From: Utricularia gibba
Taxonomy: Eukaryota > Plantae > Magnoliophyta
Reading direction: 5' to 3'
Assembly: GCA_002189035.1 (NCBI GenBank)
Contig: CM007992.1
Coordinates: 3,782,001 to 3,846,000 of the forward strand
DNA length: 64,000 nt
The translations under genes and the position numbers were made by a program. Under the pieces are notes generated by a model, which made no database searches, was not told the DNA's origin, and saw only the letters and a program-made list of their open reading frames with translations. This document shows, piece after piece, positions 62,094 through 64,000 of the stretch (position 1 is its first letter; each line of letters starts with the position of its first letter).

Positions 62094-64000
62094 ATGCTTG
62101 GCCGAACTTGCATTCTCTTCTTGTACCTGCTTTTCGTCGCCATTTTTACTTTCTCGGTAGCAGAGAGTTTTATGAATCTCACTCTCCCTAATCAGCACCC
62201 CGAGCCTGAATCGGTGGCTCAAGAAGTAAAACGGTACCTTTCTATTATGTATGTGTTGTTGTGTTGCATTTTTTTTTTAATTTTTCTGCTTAATGCTAGA
62301 AGCACAATATTACTGTGTACGACGAGTAGTCCTGAAGACACCCAATTGTGCATTTTGCTTCTGCTTTTCTCTTTGATGAGGAGGATTCACAGTTTAGGCT
62401 TCTTGTTGTATTTTGTAAAAATGCATCTCAGACTAACTGTTCTCTATGAGCAATGACAGTTCGTTTCCTTCAGGCAAGAGCAGTCTTCTTAATCCGTGTC
62501 TGGAAAATCGTTTATTTATCTTCGATGAAAAAAGAATTTCTAACATTTGAACATCTGTTCATCTCTAGTTTTTTTTTTTTTTTAGATTTTCTCGTTTTTC
62601 CAGCTTTTCCGTGTCGCCTGTTTGCTTCGCTTTTCTCGTGTTACTATGAGACATCATGTGAAAAAAACAAAAAGCTATGGCTACTCTTATTTGCTCATCC
62701 ATTTCTATCTCCCTCGTGGCCATTCTGATCATTTATCGAAATGGTCAGTCGCATGTATTCTATAATACTCGGAAATAATCTCATTTTTCTTGCTGCTGTT
62801 TCTTTTTTCCCATAACATAATAAAGAAGCATTCATGGGTCTTCTTTCCCCCACAGAAAAGTAGCTGCATCAACACTGAAGAGGCGACAACTTATTTCCTC
62901 TCTTGCATCATCAGCCAATCCGGAGTCCCAGTGTCTAACTGGGAATCCTATCGATGATTGCTGGCGCTGTGATTCCAATTGGGCTGCTAAACGCCAGCGC
63001 CTTGCTGACTGTGGCATCGGTTTTGGAAGGGATGCTATGGGTGGAAAAGGGGGTCGTTTCTACGTTGTGAACGACTCCTCGGATCATGACACGGTAACCC
63101 CTACTCCTGGCACTCTTCGCCATGCTGTTATCCAAGATGAGCCTCTTTGGATCATATTCCAATCCAGCATGGTTATCAGACTCAAGCATGAGTTGATTGT
63201 GAACAGCTACAAAACAATCGATGGTCGTGGCGCAAATGTGCAAATCACAGGCAATGGTTGCATCACATTGCAGTATGTGAGCAACATCATCATCCACAAC
63301 GTTCATATCTATAACTGCATGCCATCTGGTAACACCAATATAAGGTCTAGCCCAACGCATGTTGGCTACAGGAGTAAATCAGACGGGGATGGCATATCCA
63401 TTTTTGGGTCGAGGAACCTGTGGATTGATCATTGTGCACTCTCACACTGCACTGATGGCTTGATAGATGCGATCATGGGCTCAACTGCCATTACAATATC
63501 AAACAATTACTTCTCTCACCATGATGAGGTTATGCTGCTGGGCATGAGGACAAGTACTTGCCTGATTCAGGAATGCAGGTGACTAATTTCCCAACTGATT
63601 TCTCTCCCACTCCCTTGTCTTACGTTTGTGATGTGTGGTGGCATTGAAAGGTGACGATTGCTTTCAACCGGTTTGGGGAGGGGCTGGTACAAAGGATGCC
63701 CCGGTGCAGGAGGGGATACATCCATGTGGTTAACAATGATTTCTACGAGTGGAAAATGTATGCAATAGGGGGAGTGCAAGTCCAACCATAAACAGCGAGG
63801 GCAATCGTTACACAGCCCCTGCTGATCCCAGTGCCAAAGAGGTCCTTTTCTTGCTCCTGTTACGTGCTTGCTTTCTTTATCTCGACGGGGGGCCTGCTTT
63901 AATTAAAAAGATGATACTAGCATTGCTGCTAGTTTCTTATATCTTTATCTGGGGTGGGGACTGGCTGGAGAGGGATAGGTTGAAGATGTTGGGAATTGGA
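62094..64000 (+). CDS. Pectate lyase (PL1), 3' end outside the window; two apparent -1 indels
   Basis: Signal peptide exon; [13 protein letters not shown]; [18 protein letters not shown]; [10 protein letters not shown]; DGDGISIF; WIDHC; DGLIDA; [15 protein letters not shown]. Indels at ~63541 and ~63770. Confidence 0.92.

Noticed and set aside
1-64000. rRNA, tRNA, snoRNA and conserved miRNA genes
   Set aside because: None recognised by eye; tRNAscan-SE and Infernal/Rfam would be needed to exclude them formally.

Overview
Gene-dense window of a dicot plant nuclear genome with short GT-AG introns. The species is not identifiable from the sequence; a compact-genome eudicot is my inference. I can support about 24 intact or near-intact protein-coding genes: TOG/ARM, SRC2-like C2, bHLH-IVa, DUF7054, PTST1, AAR2, CRS2-like PTH, CCB1, SINA-like, EAF, an SCR-like defensin, RPS7, ABA4, RBCS, KCS6, DUF569, NTF2-like, eRF1, TLDc, ZAT-type C2H2, pectate lyase and several unknowns. 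There is one full-length Ty1/copia element (5284-10559, TSD CCAAG) and four decayed genes (bHLH, TRM, ATG4, OVATE), three of which are barely visible in the ORF track. The most interesting part is a three-member bHLH-IVa tandem cluster (4814-14418): one intact copy, one copy killed by the copia insertion plus a stop and a lost splice acceptor, and one derived copy with helix-loop-helix and ACT-like domains but no basic region (candidate inhibitor). Other highlights are an unannotated 7-Cys SCR-like peptide, a divergent RbcS, and uneven divergence along the two LTRs. Several conserved genes carry single-base indels in short runs, which look like assembly errors rather than biology. All alignments, counts and splice models were done by eye, and family assignments are from recalled motifs, not database searches. 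No rRNA, tRNA or CRISPR was found.
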